Shown: piece after piece, positions 26,355 to 40,305 of the stretch | How the letters are laid out: the number at the start of each line of letters is the position of its first letter | How positions within the stretch are numbered: position 1 is the first letter of the stretch | From: Octopus sinensis | Taxonomy: Eukaryota | Length of the DNA stretch: 64,000 nucleotides | Reading direction: 5' to 3' | NCBI RefSeq assembly: GCF_006345805.1 | Contig: NC_043013.1 | Span: 37,386,001 to 37,450,000, forward strand | Translations under genes and position numbers: made by a program | The notes under the pieces: model-generated | Told to the model about the DNA's origin: nothing | Seen by the model: the letters and a program-made list of their open reading frames with translations, nothing else | The model's database searches: none

Positions 26355-26830
26355 TTCACCGCAAAAGTGTCAGGTTCCGATGTCTGATCTGATTATCACA
26401 CTGAATTATTGTTTCCTACAATGTCTTGTATTCTTCATTCTTAGTAACTCCTTCTCGCATTTGGTCATACAATGCGTATGCTCTTTGTAGGCCGAAATAT
26501 CCACAAAACTCTCAATAGATCGTTCTTGTCACATTGTTAAGTTTGTCTCTTGTATTTGTGCCGTACTAATTTCGGGCATTCACTAACAATGTACTATACA
26601 ATTTCAAGCGCCCCATCACACATTCTACACATCATCAGCGCTTGTTCTTGAGCCGCGCATATGCGTACTTTTGTCTCTATCTTCAGGTCACTCCTCTGCA
26701 TTCATAACTACCGGTTTTGTTTTTTACATCTGTCTTGCGTCCGTGTCTCTTGCAAACACATCAAACATTTTTTCTCTCCATGCTATTTCTTTTTCATGTT
26801 TTTTCCGCTTTAATATTTGCTGTAGCCCAT
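26355..26830 (-). mobile_element. Degenerate R4/Dong-like LINE fragment (CCHC knuckle to RLE start)
   Basis: Frameshifted segments AWREK, SDLKIET..ICAAQEQAL, CRMC...IVSECPKL, EGVTKNEEYK, IIQCDNQIRHR(K/N)-PD. Confidence 0.75.
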
Positions 26831-27017
26831 CTTTTATACCAAGACAAAACAATGTACATGATAACACTTCCAATCAGTTAAGATCAGAAGCCACGAGAGC
26901 CACTGCCTGGTACTGCAGCAGGGCATGTGGTATTGAGCAGAATATTTGCTGTAGCCCATCTTTTATACCAAGACAAAACAATGTACATGATAACACTTCC
27001 AATCAGTTAAGATCAGA
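26812..27017 (+). repeat. Perfect 77-bp direct repeat with 52-bp spacer
   Basis: 26812-26888 is identical to 26941-27017. The second copy abuts (ATT)n. Confidence 0.95.
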
Positions 27018-27020
27018 TTC

Positions 27021-27085
<65 letters not shown>

Positions 27086-27324
27086 CTTTAAGGTGTCAAG
27101 CTGACGGAATAGTTTGGATAAAATGATCTGCGCCAATTTTTCCCGGTTTACAAGCCACCAAGGTCGACTTTGCCTTTCAGCAATTCGAGGCCGATCAAAT
27201 AACTACCTATTGCACTCTTATCCTGTAACCAAAGCCCTAATTTCAGACCTTGGGCTTAAATTAAAACGGATTATTTGAAAGTAGCAATTTCAGGAGTGTC
27301 AGCGAGTCGGACGCATTTATCTTT

Positions 27325-27525
27325 GTATTCTTCTATTTGCTTCAGTAATTTGACTGCGGCCATGCTGGAGCACAGCCTTTAGTCGAACAAATCGACCCCA
27401 GGACTTATTCCTTGTTAACCTAGTACTTATTCTATGGGTCTCTTATGCCGAACCGCTAAGTTACGGGCATGTAAACGCACCAGCATTTGCAGTCAAACGA
27501 TGTTGGGTGGGAGACAATCAGAGGC
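27325..27525 (-). mobile_element. Family-A SINE, 3' half
   Basis: GACTGCGGCCATGCTGGAGCAC..GCCGAACCGCTAAGTTACGGG. It ends at the (TA)n next to the Helitron pair. Confidence 0.85.
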
Positions 27526-27542
27526 ATATATATATATATATA

Positions 27543-28545
27543 CTAGCAGTATCGCCCGGCGTTGCTCGGGTGTGTAAGGGAAATAACTATATAAGCATTT
27601 CTAGAGAGTTACTTCCTTTCTAGATGCCAATTCGGGCTTTCTTAGCCATTTCTGTTTTGGTGTCTTCAAGCCATGAAGTCGTTGTTCTAAAAGAACGCTG
27701 GTCTCCTTGACAACGCTTTACGACGTTGATTTCCTTAAACTCCCTTCCCCACAGCTTCACAAGGGAGGGAAGAAGGGGGAGAAGCAAACAGGTGCAGGTG
27801 TGACCATGGACGCCAACTCCGCCGCCATCGACACACGAAAAATTATGCATTAAAATGGAATAAAAAAATGATTTAATTATTTTTAAAATCGTAGACTCAT
27901 CGTAGACGCGCGCTAATACTCAAACGGGCTTGATATGAATCACGACTATAAGATACCCGAATTTGGTTAAACTGCACCGCAAAATGTGGGAGGAGTTAGG
28001 AATCTAAATCGTAGGAGACAGACACTCACACAACTACAGTTTTACATATATACTAGCAGTATCGCCCGGCGTTGCTCGGTTTGTAAGGGAAATAACTATA
28101 TAACCATTTTTAGAGAGTTACTTCCCTTATAAATTCAGGCTTTCTTAGCCATTTTTGTTTTGGCATCTTCAAGCCATGAAGTCGTTGTTCTAAAAGAACG
28201 CTGGTTTCCTTCACAACGCATTACGACGTTGATTTCTTTACACTCCCTTCCCCACAGCTTCACGAGGGAGGGAAGGGGGAGAAGCAAACAGGTGCAGCTG
28301 TGAGCGTGGACGCCAACTCCGCCGCCATCGACACACGATGCATTTTATGCATTAAAATGGAATAAAAAATGATGTTAAATTATTTTTAAAATTGTAGACT
28401 CATCGTTGACGCGCGCTAATAGTCAGACGGGCTCGATATGAATCACGATATGAATCACGATACCCGGTTTTGGTTAAACTGCACCGCAAAATGTGGGAGG
28501 AGTTAGGAATCTAAATCGAAGCGGACAGACACTCACATAACTAGA

Positions 28546-28556
<11 letters not shown>
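27543..28556 (-). mobile_element. Two head-to-tail non-autonomous Helitron-like elements (510-bp period)
   Basis: On the minus strand each copy ends in the hairpin CCCG(A)GC-AAC-GCCGGG, then 8 nt, then CTAG followed by T (CTAG at 27543-46 and 28053-56). The copies are clearly homologous over ~500 bp. The 5' TC terminus is obscured by (TA)n. Confidence 0.75.
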
Positions 28557-28614
<58 letters not shown>

Positions 28615-28660
28615 AAAACAAGTAAAAATAGAAAATGCTAAAATAATTTTATAGTGAACA

Positions 28661-28704
28661 TTTCAGTACCGGTTTCGGTCATTTTGAGACCTTTTCAACT
28701 GTAA
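28661..28704 (-). ncRNA. Minimal type I hammerhead motif, U3-A8 covariant core
   Basis: Minus strand reads TTACAG-TTGAAAA-GGTC(TCAAAAT)GACC-GAAA-CCGG-T-A-CTGAAA. Helix I is CAG/CTG and helix III ACCGGT is palindromic. Confidence 0.6.
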
Positions 28705-30123
28705 CGATTAAATAATTAAATTTAGAAAAATTAGAAGAAAAGTTTTTTTAAAAGAATATTTCTATAGTAGTGTTCAGATTTAAGTGGCATTCTGCCTTTC
28801 TCTGACTCCCTTGTTTGCACTTGTGTGTTGGAGGTCGTTGTGAGTTCTTGGTAGGGTAGTAGAGGAAGAAGACTGGTGAGGAAAGGGGGTGGGAGAATCT
28901 GGGAGTGCCCTGATGGTCGTATTTTGAATCGAATAAGAATTAAGAAATATTGTTCCAAGAAGTTCGTGAAATCTGAGTTAAATTAAGATATGAATCGAAG
29001 CGAAGTACATGACTATGAACTTGTGTAATGTCACATTGTGATAGAAAAAAGAGCTGGTAATACTCCCAGAAAAAAGACACATAGACTGACCAGCCAAACA
29101 GCTATGTGTTTTCTATACTAAGCAAATCTAGCTCCACCTATTATCATATATACACACAAACATACATACACACATGCATACATACAAATATACATTTATG
29201 TGTACATAAATCTGTATACAGATATGTACACACATATACTATGTGTGTACATACACATGTTTCTATATATTTGTATGTGTGTGTCTGTGTGCATGTCTGT
29301 GTGTGTATCTGTGTTATATTTCTTCGACTAAAAGGCCTTCATCCAGCATGGACAGAATGATTGAAACGAGTAAAAGATTAAAAGATTAAAAGATTAAAAT
29401 GATTGAAACAAGTAAAATATTAAAAGATTAAAAGAATATATGTTCTAGCTCGTTTGCCCGCAGACGTTTCATTTCTGTAGTTATCATATGAGGTTTTTAC
29501 GTCGGCTTTTAACTGTTATTTCCAGCAAGTAGACATACTTAGTGTGACCTTTTAATTTTAATCCTTCAGGTATTTAATGCCACTTTAGACCTGCAATTGC
29601 CTGCATTATTGATTTTGCTATCATTTTTAATTTTTACACTAGATAATAATAGAGTCGATAAAATCCTCGCAAATATTTTCTCCTGAATTAGTTGCTCCAT
29701 ATTGAAATTATACTAGTAACATATATATATATATAATATATATATATATTAGATATACAATATATATATATATATATATATACTCATACTTATATACATA
29801 CATATACACAACAAATAAATGTAGTGTCTGGATGAATTTGCATATAACTATGTATGTGTGCGGGCGTAGTTTATCCATCTGTCAATCTCTATCTATATCC
29901 ATGTGTATATTGATATTTAACGATGATACATCTTCACACACACTTTCCTTACAGTTGAACCGCAATTTAAATTGCATTTTGCTTTTTAATTCAGTTATCT
30001 GAGAAGCACAATCTGCGTACATGTGGGCATGCTTCCTCGTGTGCACGTAAGAATGTATATACTGTCGTACACACTTAAACATACCGATATATATATGTGT
30101 ATGTATGTGTCTATATATTATAT

Positions 30124-30180
<57 letters not shown>

Positions 30181-30883
30181 ATAGATATATATATATATAT
30201 ATATATATATACTTCTGTTGTGTGTGCGTTTATATATACATTTATACAGGGAAGAAGGCAATGCCAGTGAAGTGTTCCACAATAGGTATATTTAAATACA
30301 TATCCATACAATTACGCACGGATATGTGTGTGTGTGTGTGTGTGTGTGTGTATAAACATGCGTATGCATTTATAGGGTTATATTTGTTTACTTAACATGT
30401 ATAGGAATATACATATATAAATATATATGTATATATATAAACACATATATACATTATACATACAGATTCACACAGACAAACGTATATATATATATATGAA
30501 GACATACACACATATATATATACGCATATTTACCTATGTGTGTGTGTGTGTGTGTGTGTGCGTGTGCATTAAAAACCCTCCCATAAATGCTTGTAGAACT
30601 TTACGTATAATTTTATGTATACTGCAAATCATGTTGCGCGTTGGCCTAATTTCCATTTAAAAAGTGTGCCAACACTCAACTTTAGTGCAGAGAAATTTAG
30701 AGTTTCATATTCACCAACAACATCTTCATATATATGTATACATATAATAATAATATAATATTATATATATATATATATATATTTATATATTTATATATTT
30801 TATAATATATATAATAATAATATATATATATATATATATATAATATATATATTATATATATACTACATACTTACATGCATACA

Positions 30884-30982
<99 letters not shown>

Positions 30983-31562
30983 TATTATATATATATATAT
31001 ATATTATATATATATATATATAATCCTAATTGCGAAATGAGTTTGAAATAACAATGTATGTCATTATCCTTAGTGACCTACTCCTACGTAGCCATGTTTT
31101 CAATATGTTGATTAATATGATTTCTCGAAGAATTTCCGTAGAGTGCCTCTGGGACAATATGAACTTACAACCTATATGGTGGTTATAATTTATGAGTCAT
31201 TAACTCGTACGAGATGTCATATCTTTGTATTCACCAAATAGGTATATTTGGAGAATTCACTATACAGATTTTTCTCTATCCCTGTATTTGTTTCTTTATA
31301 TGTTGTGTTGTTTGTGTGTTTCTCTGTGTGTATGTGTGTGTATGTTTGTGTATGTGTGTGTGTGTGTGAGGTTGCCTGTGATAGTGCGTGTTTTAAGTGT
31401 GTGTATATATGTATGTTACGTATGATTTTATGGTCATGTGCGTTACTTACGTAGACAAATTTATATCTATTCAAATACATGCACACACTAATACAAACAC
31501 ACATAGATGCACTCATACATCACATACACTGATAAATGTAAATGCATCTATCTTTCTATCAA

Positions 31563-31666
<104 letters not shown>

Positions 31667-31736
31667 TATATGTATTAATATATATATATGTATGTATATG
31701 TATGTATGTATATATGTATGCGTGTATGTATGTTTA

Positions 31737-32766
31737 CAGGGTGTGTAAGATATTTGAGGTCAAATTTATGTTTGTAAAAACGATCGATATATGATAACAG
31801 ATAGTAACTATATTTATCAAAAAAATCGTATGAAGATAAAAATAAAATTTCTTATCTATAATGTTATTCAATAAAGCCATCTCCAACTTCAACAACTACT
31901 ACATGAGATCTAAATCATCTACATTCTCCAATGAAGTGTTCCTGGGTCATTTTGGACATTAATCTGACTATGGCTGCTTTCATATTACCTTTGGTGTTAT
32001 GGGCGTGTTCAACAACGCCCCACATGTAATAATCCAATGGATTGAAATCTGGGTAATTAGGAAGCCAAATGTTAGGGGTTATGTGATCATGAAAATTTTC
32101 AACCATTCATTCCTGTGTTACTAGAGCCATGTGTGATAGTGCAGAGTCTTACTGAAACACATATGTCCTTCCATTGAATACAGTGTCTATCCAAAATTTT
32201 AAAATTATTTCTAGGACTTCAATGTAGACAGCAGATTTAACTCTACGGACTTGTGGAATGAAGTAAGGAGGCATCACAAGTCCTTCATTGCTGACAACCT
32301 AATACCATGTCAGTTGCAGTAAATTTTGTATGCATAACACTTGGAACTTCATAACGGTCAGCACATAACCATCTTGGTTTTGATCTTGGTCGAAGTTTTG
32401 TCGTTCAGGAAAAACCAAAACAAATCTTCTTCTGCTGGTCTGTTGAATTTGCTGGATAAATTCAAGTGTTCTGATGATTTCAGAACTTTTAGATGTTTTT
32501 TATGCTTTGGTAATGTTGGTGCTTTTCCATCTTCAATCTCTATCTCTTCACAGTCTTTGCAGACGAAAGATCTGGCAGCTTTTAAAACTCCTGATATTTG
32601 TAAATCGCTATGCTTAGCCTTTTTGTAACCACTATAACAGCATGCCTCTTCATTTCTCTTGAGTAAGCTGAAGGTAGACATTATCATTTTCTGAAACAAA
32701 GATTATACATAGCAAAAAGTACAGCAATGACTCCAAAATGGTATGCCCTCAAATACCTTGCGCACC

Positions 32767-32769
<3 letters not shown>
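31737..32769 (-). mobile_element. Internally deleted Tc1/mariner element, DD37D (maT-type), with TIRs
   Basis: 23-bp TIRs CAGGGTG(T/C)G(T/C)AAG(A/G)TATTTGAGG at 31737-59 and 32747-69 (3 mismatches), each flanked by TA. Transposase remnants KAKHSDLQIS..ARSFVCK, LFWFF, YVFQ*DSA..(37 aa)..PDFNPLDYY. Confidence 0.9.
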
Positions 32770-32822
<53 letters not shown>

Positions 32823-32874
32823 TTATTTATTTACTTAATATATATATATATACATATATATTTATTTATTATTT

Positions 32875-32930
<56 letters not shown>

Positions 32931-33029
32931 GTGTGTGTGTGTGTGTGTCTATGTGTATGTGTGTGTGTGTAGTTTCTTTTACTTATATCAGTCATGGAAA
33001 GAAGTGAACCAAAGACATTTTTTCCTTCC

Positions 33030-33367
33030 GTCTTGTACTAATTCTATCTGATACATTTACCAAACCGCTACGTAACGGCTACTAAGCACACCAACACCGG
33101 TATTCAAACGCTGGTGTGGGGAAAAACGCAGACACAAAGACGCACACATACGCCCGCGGGTGTACACCCCTCCACACACATATATATATATACACATGCA
33201 TATATACAACGGGTTTCTTTCAATTTCCGTCTACCAAATCCACTCTCAAGGCTTTGGTCAGCCCGAGGCAATAGTAGAAGGCACTTGCTCAAGTTACGAT
33301 GCATTGGGACTGAGCCCAGAACCATGTAGTTGGTAAGCAAGCTACTTACCACATAGCCACTCCTGTA
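33030..33367 (-). mobile_element. Family-A SINE (tail-truncated)
   Basis: CAATTTCCGTCTACCAAATCCACTC..GCTACTTACCACATAGCCACTCCTG. Confidence 0.8.
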
Positions 33368-35579
33368 TATATAATGCATGTAGGAATGATTTTTACATGA
33401 TTTGTATGGAAATTCAGTCTTAATATCTTCAGTAGAATATATCGTATTCATTACTATTTAGAAAACTGAACTTACTTGCGCTCATTAACTGACAAAAAAA
33501 AATTCTCATAATACCATCACAATGAAAAATACAAATACTCTCATTGCCATCTTTCACACATTCTCGAAGTTATGTGTATGTGTGAACGTTTCTGTAACTC
33601 CTTACTCGCACACCTTGTGTATGTGACGATATATCGATGCCACTTTTTCTTCTTTTTTGTTCGACACATTGCTGTTATTTTGTCCACAGAACCCTAGTCC
33701 TGTTGAATGTATCCCTGACTTGCTCTCCTGTGTATATACTTATCTAATTATATATATTTTTGTTTCTTTCTGTAAACCAATTATTTTTTTCCAGCTTAAC
33801 CCCAGTTGCATAGAAATCGGCTTTGTGTAATCATGTTTCTCATGATTTAAATTTCATTCTGTTTTGTATTATTTGAACTGAGGCAGATTTCAAGTATTTT
33901 ATGACGAAAATCCAATAATTTTGTTAACCAAATTTGACTTCCCTCTAGATCAGCTAACTATCGCTACCTTCTAGGTGAAGCTACCGCAAATACGTTAACT
34001 ATTCATTTGTTATGCACATTAACAGGTTTGTTATTCACGTTAATTATTGATTTTTAGATAGGCAAATGCATTATAGTTTGTTGAATATCTATTGTTGATG
34101 AGATCGATCTCAGGTTTCAGTAGCACTAAACTTATTAACACCGAATTAAATAAAAAAAAAGAATAAAAGCTGAACTTTACGCGTGTTTTGAACTCTGAAT
34201 GAAAAAATACACTTTGAAGTAGCCCGAGGAAATTTCCAGATCCCTTTACTGATTGCATATTATTGTGTTTTTTTTTTTTTCAAGGAGTTTAACTGAAGAA
34301 GCTATGCCCTCTAATTAATATACAATCTGCTGTACTATGTTCCGCTATGTCTCAATATTTATATGAATCTCGCAAATCATTTTTGGTATGGATATCGGAC
34401 AATTTAAAATCGACGGAATTATTCCTGTTTTAGATGATATTGTTTATATCATGGTTTCTTTGAGAAAATCTATCCATCAATGATAATCTCACTTGGTTTT
34501 CAGACAAGTAGTTTGCATTATGAGAGTGAATTGGCGGCCATTTGCTCAGGCTGAGCTACCACACTGAGATTATCATGTATGTTAAAATCACTCCATCATA
34601 TTTTCTGTATAATTAAATATACACCAAGAAGGCTTCAATATGCATTTTAATGCCTCCACTTTCTTAGTACAATGCGAATTTGCTGAACAAATATGACATT
34701 TTATATTCTGTAGTCTACCTCACCTAAGAATAGTATTTTGTTTCAATTCCTTTTGCTGCAAAATTATTCTAATTTCTGACGATATTCGAAACTGGACTTT
34801 GCATGCCTGACAAATGTCATAAATATATTTTGCAGTAGATTATATTGTAAGACTTTTATTCTCAATATTCATTTGTCTGTAATTACGCGCAATGTATTAT
34901 TTTATAAGTTATCTGAACTTTTTAAATGTTACACTTTCATCTGTGCACTTATATTCTCAAATCATTCTTTTCGATTCTTTACATAAAGGAAACGTTCATT
35001 TATAACAAAGACAAAATTCCATTATTCTGTCTTCAGCAAAGTAAATACCTAGATGCATATTACAATTTATAATTTAATATACCCGTTAACCAACCCCTTC
35101 CAAAAGAATCTAGGAAGGCATATCTTTGGTTGAAAACATGATTTTAACTACAGAGTTTAACTTGGTGTATATCGTTGCTCTCATTCATATAGATTTCGCC
35201 TTGATGATTGCATGCAACAATTATATTTGAGTAGCTAGAAAGTGATTCAAAAGATTGTGTCGAATAAATAATAATTTACATTCGTAAATGTAATATCTCT
35301 CTATATCCCCACGCACGTACACATGCACACATACATGCACGATTTAGAAATACTAAATCAAATTTCACAAAATATAATATGATATAATATAATATATAAT
35401 ATAATGTAATATAATATGATATATATATATATATAAATTAGAAAAAAAAACACATTTTATCAATTCAACAATGAAAAAATTACATTATACCATATAGAAA
35501 AAATTAAATATGAGATAAAAGCATATACCAATGATTAAGAAATGTGTAAAATAATAAATAAAACATACATATTTGGTAA

Positions 35580-35665
35580 AATGACTACAAGTGTTTCGTG
35601 GCTATATTTAAGAAATGATAACAGTAAAATCAGTTCTATTTAAATATAGCCACTCTTCAGGTTAA
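35580..35665 (-). ncRNA. Type I hammerhead motif
   Basis: Minus strand reads CTGAAGA-GTGGCTATATTTAA(28 nt)TTAAATATAGCCAC-GAAA-CACTTG-T-A. Helix II is a perfect 14 bp. Helix III is one change from the palindrome ACACGTGT. Helix I is weak (AC/GT). Confidence 0.65.
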
Positions 35666-35840
35666 AGATAAAAACAAGAGAATTCGATAATTTCTTGTCA
35701 ATGTTACTGAATGAATACAGAAAATATAAATATCGTAGTGGTTTATGTTTCAATTTTTCTGTCCCGCTATTCTTCCCCTACAGCCTTTGTTTGTCTTTGT
35801 TAACATCCGATTAAGCTATACCTCTTCTCAGACATATATC

Positions 35841-36885
35841 GACGAAGAACATATTCAACACATTCTTCTCATTGCTTTCAAAGAAGGTTACAAAGCTGCT
35901 AAGCTCGATCGAAAGAATTGTGTTATTTACGGATACTTTTCATTTAAGGAAAGAACTGCACAAACAAATTTCTCTTCCTTCAGAAGAGGAATTTAACCTC
36001 ATATATTCTCCGATTGCCGGCCGAAGTTTTCAGTTCAATTTGGTTTGATTGGACAAGCACAAAGCACGAATATCTACATGAATCCATTAAGGAATAGACC
36101 CACCAGATGGAATATTCTCGTGCTAGACTAGCCAATACCTCCTATAGGTGGTTAAGGACCCAAAACTCGGCATATGTGTGCCACAAGCTCTGAGTGAAAG
36201 AGATAGACTCTAGCACTCTTATGCCATCGATAATTTGCTCAACGCCAGTGTAGTTGTGGACACAAACCGATATTTATTTTCTATATTGTCACTGACGATG
36301 AAAGATTAAGTGTTTAAGTCAATAAGATACCCGGCAAATAAACAACACCTTATGAGAATCTAGAGCTGAATACAAACAAGTCAATGATCTAGGATTGAGA
36401 TGGATTGATTTGCTTCGTCATGCTTGAAAGCAAGCATACAGTCAATGCAGATTATTATGTTCAGCAAACACAACGGCTCATCTAAGTTTGGAAACCCAAG
36501 CAGTGACATGAAGTTTATCTTCAACTCGACAATGCACCCCATCACGTTACCAAAATGCTCTAAAATGCTCTTCAAGAGTGATGTAGGAAATTCCATAATT
36601 TCATAACCCCCATATTAAAATGCTCGCGCTTATCGGTCAACGACACTCTGCAGTGTGGATCGTGCAGCAACGATATGTGGCTGAAAATACGGGTTGATGA
36701 ATTGTTCACTTCAAGGTCCAGTGGTTTCTAACGTCAAGATATTGACAAGCGAGTGGGACGTTGGCTGGTTGTCGTAAACAATGAAAGAGAATATAGTATT
36801 GACTGATTTGTTAAAATTGTTTATGCATGCAAAGTAAGAATAAAATTTGATGGTAAAAACTGAACGTATTTCTCTGATTAACCAA
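35841..36885 (+). pseudogene. Mariner (DD34D-type) transposase pseudogene with probable 3' TIR
   Basis: Frameshifted segments EHIQHILLIAFKEGYKAAK, KLGICVPQALSE, IVTDDE, TVNADYYVQQ, LQLDNAP, RW..VVNNEREYSID* (stop 36804-06). A TIR-like end at 36856-36885 is followed by TA. Confidence 0.8.
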
Positions 36886-37028
36886 TACGTGCATATACAC
36901 GCATGTGTTTGCTACTTATTTGTGTGTGTATGTGTGTGGTTTGTGTGTAAGTATTTGTGTGTGGTTGTGTACCCGCACCCATGTATATATATATATTTAT
37001 AAGTACCTACATATATACATACATATAC

Positions 37029-37078
<50 letters not shown>

Positions 37079-37330
37079 ATACACACAGATAGACACACAT
37101 ATACATACATATGTATGTATGTATGTATGGAAGTGTGACTTTTACGTAAATCCTCATGGTCATTTTCAATTCCTTTTAAAGGCACATGATATTAGTAAAT
37201 AAATTACTATCAAAACAATATTTTTTGAAGTGCTTGCGCCTAAAGAAGGAGAAAAGCTATATATATATATATATATATATATATCAAAGTGTGTGTGTAT
37301 GTATGGGTCAACATATATTATATATATACG

Positions 37331-37362
<32 letters not shown>

Positions 37363-38009
37363 TGTATGTATGTATGTATGTATGTATGCATGCCTGTATG
37401 TGTGTGTCTGCTTGTGTGTATGTGGATGAGAATATTTGCGTACGCTCTTACATGAATATTTGATTGTATTGATTTCTTGTAGCAAAACATCATCATTGAT
37501 TGAATCGACCTCATAACAAGAACTAATAATTTAATTAATTATGCAACCGACAATGATAGAACGAAAAGTCATTCAGTGTGTGATGGTGTTGTTGTTTATC
37601 CTTAAGATCAGTGCCCTTGCGTCAATGGATAACAAACACATGCACGCACACTCATGTCATTGTAATACATAATTCCACATAGCGCCTTGCAATCGTATCG
37701 AACTTGAATCTCTACCGGATTGAGCTAAATTCTTAGTCACATATGCTAAATTTCAATTTGTGTATTACGAGTGCTATAGAAGCTCTTGTAGTTATGTATC
37801 ATTAATGAGTTACCCTCGGCCTCTTAAATGTTGCTATTACCCTTCAATCAGTTTTCTAGCTAATTCTGTTTACACATTTTGTTTTTGTTTTGTTTAACGA
37901 AATGCCAGCTTTTATCGGGTTAATTGTATTGCCGAAGACGTTGAAATCGTTATGATATGATCAGTATTTTCTTGTGTCGTTTTGTCGAGTGAAGAATAAC
38001 ACTTCCCCT

Positions 38010-38275
38010 CAGTGGCGGACTGGGTCTTAAAATATTGGTTCCCAGGGGACTAAGGGGACCCATCCGCAACTGCAATGCTATCATTCAATTTTCCTTTTCT
38101 TCTTTTTTTGTTTTTAAATGTATTTTTTTCAACTGTCTGAAATAATAAAAGCATTCTTCCAGAAGTGAATAAAAAATTCTCAAACTTGAGGGGATGGGTC
38201 TCCATATATAGATTCCAATGGTGCAGGGGCCCAATTGCCATAGGGAAAGCTGGCAACGTGGCCAGTCTGCCACTG
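38010..38275. mobile_element. hAT-type MITE (266 bp)
   Basis: 14-bp TIRs CAGTGGC(G/A)GACTGG at 38010-23 and 38262-75. The 8-bp flanks CTTCCCCT / CTTTCCAT match at 6 of 8 positions, consistent with a decayed TSD. Confidence 0.75.
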
Positions 38276-39036
38276 CTTTCCATAGACTATGTGTGCATCA
38301 AAAGAGACAGCTTTTGGACCAAAAATTTTAGAATAAACTTAAATCTATTAACGGTACACAAGTTCCATGTTATAGTTTATTGGTTACACCAATCCGTTTG
38401 CCATCAATACAAACTGTAAGACAAAATAATATTAATATGGAATGATGTTAGGGAGACCATACAACAGTTTTGTGAGTGTGTGTATTTACGTCCCTATAAC
38501 ATAGCGGTAGGTAAAAGACACCGATAGAATGAGTACCAGGCTTACTGGAATCGACTCATTAGACTTTAATTCTTCAAGGCAATGCGATAAAAGATAAAGG
38601 CTCTGGCTGGTAGCACAAGTGATAAAAGCTAAAAGCTCTGAGTGGTAATACTTGGCTATGATTTGTTAATTCACGTTGCAGTGGAGATTTCTATAGCAAT
38701 GACAACGGACCTGCTTCACAATAATATTTCTTGTTGAAGAAATTTGAAATAGTTTGATACATTGCCACTGATCCTCAATCACAGTGTACAGGAAATATAG
38801 AGAAATAAAACACAAATCCTAGTAAGGAATAATAAATAATTAAGAGTAAAGTCTACTACGATTGTCTTATTCATTACATATCTAAAACAAAAGAGATCAC
38901 ACGAATGCACATACTTATGTGCAGGCTTACAAATGTATATGAAGATGTGCTCATGCATACATGTGTATGTATATATATATATATATATTATATATGTGTG
39001 TGATATGCATCTATGTATATATATATTATATATATA

Positions 39037-39067
<31 letters not shown>

Positions 39068-39419
39068 CGCACATATATATGAGTGTGTGTGGGGGTGGAT
39101 GGGGTGGGTCTGTGTGTATGTTCATGTGTATCTGCGGGTGCTTTTACCCGAAAGTCGACTCATTCATGCACAAAGCACAAGCACAAACACCCGCAATCAT
39201 ATACCCGAAGACGCACATATACACACACAAACGCGCACACACTCACATACGTTCGCGCACGCACACACACAAACGCAACACACGCATACATAAAATTGCA
39301 GACCACGTCGATTTCTGCAAATTGGCTAACTTTGTAAAATTTTATTTAGAGCATTGAAATGCATACAGTTTTCAAAAATATGGAAAATGTATATATATAT
39401 ATATATACATACATATGTG

Positions 39420-39466
<47 letters not shown>

Positions 39467-39592
39467 CATATATGTGTGTGCGTGTGTGTGTCTGTCTGTG
39501 TATGTCTGTGTGTGCGTGTATATATATATGTATATATAAATATTTGTATACACATACACACATACACACACACACACACACAAACACACATA

Positions 39593-39636
<44 letters not shown>

Positions 39637-40157
39637 CACATAAGTGTATATTTATGTTTGTATATATATGAATATTTGACTCCTTCTATGCTTATTCATA
39701 CTCATTGCAATGTAGAAATGTCGTTAAAATTGAAAAACTTGAAATTTTATGAAGTCTCATCGAATTTCGATAGCCCTCGGCTATTGTCGTGAGTATATTT
39801 AATCTACAAAATTTCATTTCGACCTATATTTTATTTCAGCATAATGAGTGTTGTGGCTGTACTTTTAACCGAGTCAGCTCGTTAATAGAAACACGACTTG
39901 TTTATTTTGTTATATATATACCTCCATCTACATTTCAGTTCAGTTTGCCTATAGATACGTGCAAACATACAAACATAGAAGCATACATATATACATACAT
40001 ATATTCATATATGCATGCACACATACATACATACATATATGCATACACACATACATATATATTTGTATAGATATGTGTGTATATACAAATATATACATAT
40101 ATATACACATATATAAGTAAATATTTTATTCATATATATACTTATGCATATACACAA

Positions 40158-40226
<69 letters not shown>

Positions 40227-40305
40227 TATATGGCTGTATGGACATATATATGTGGACACACGTACATAGATACATAGATGCATATATACATACATTCATA
40301 CATAC

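Noticed and set aside
34040-34258. KPEIDLINN as a nicotinic-receptor-like loop
   Set aside because: The resemblance is only a few residues, the upstream sequence looks like a decayed SINE (GAGTTCAAAA), and the frame ends in a stop with no donor site.
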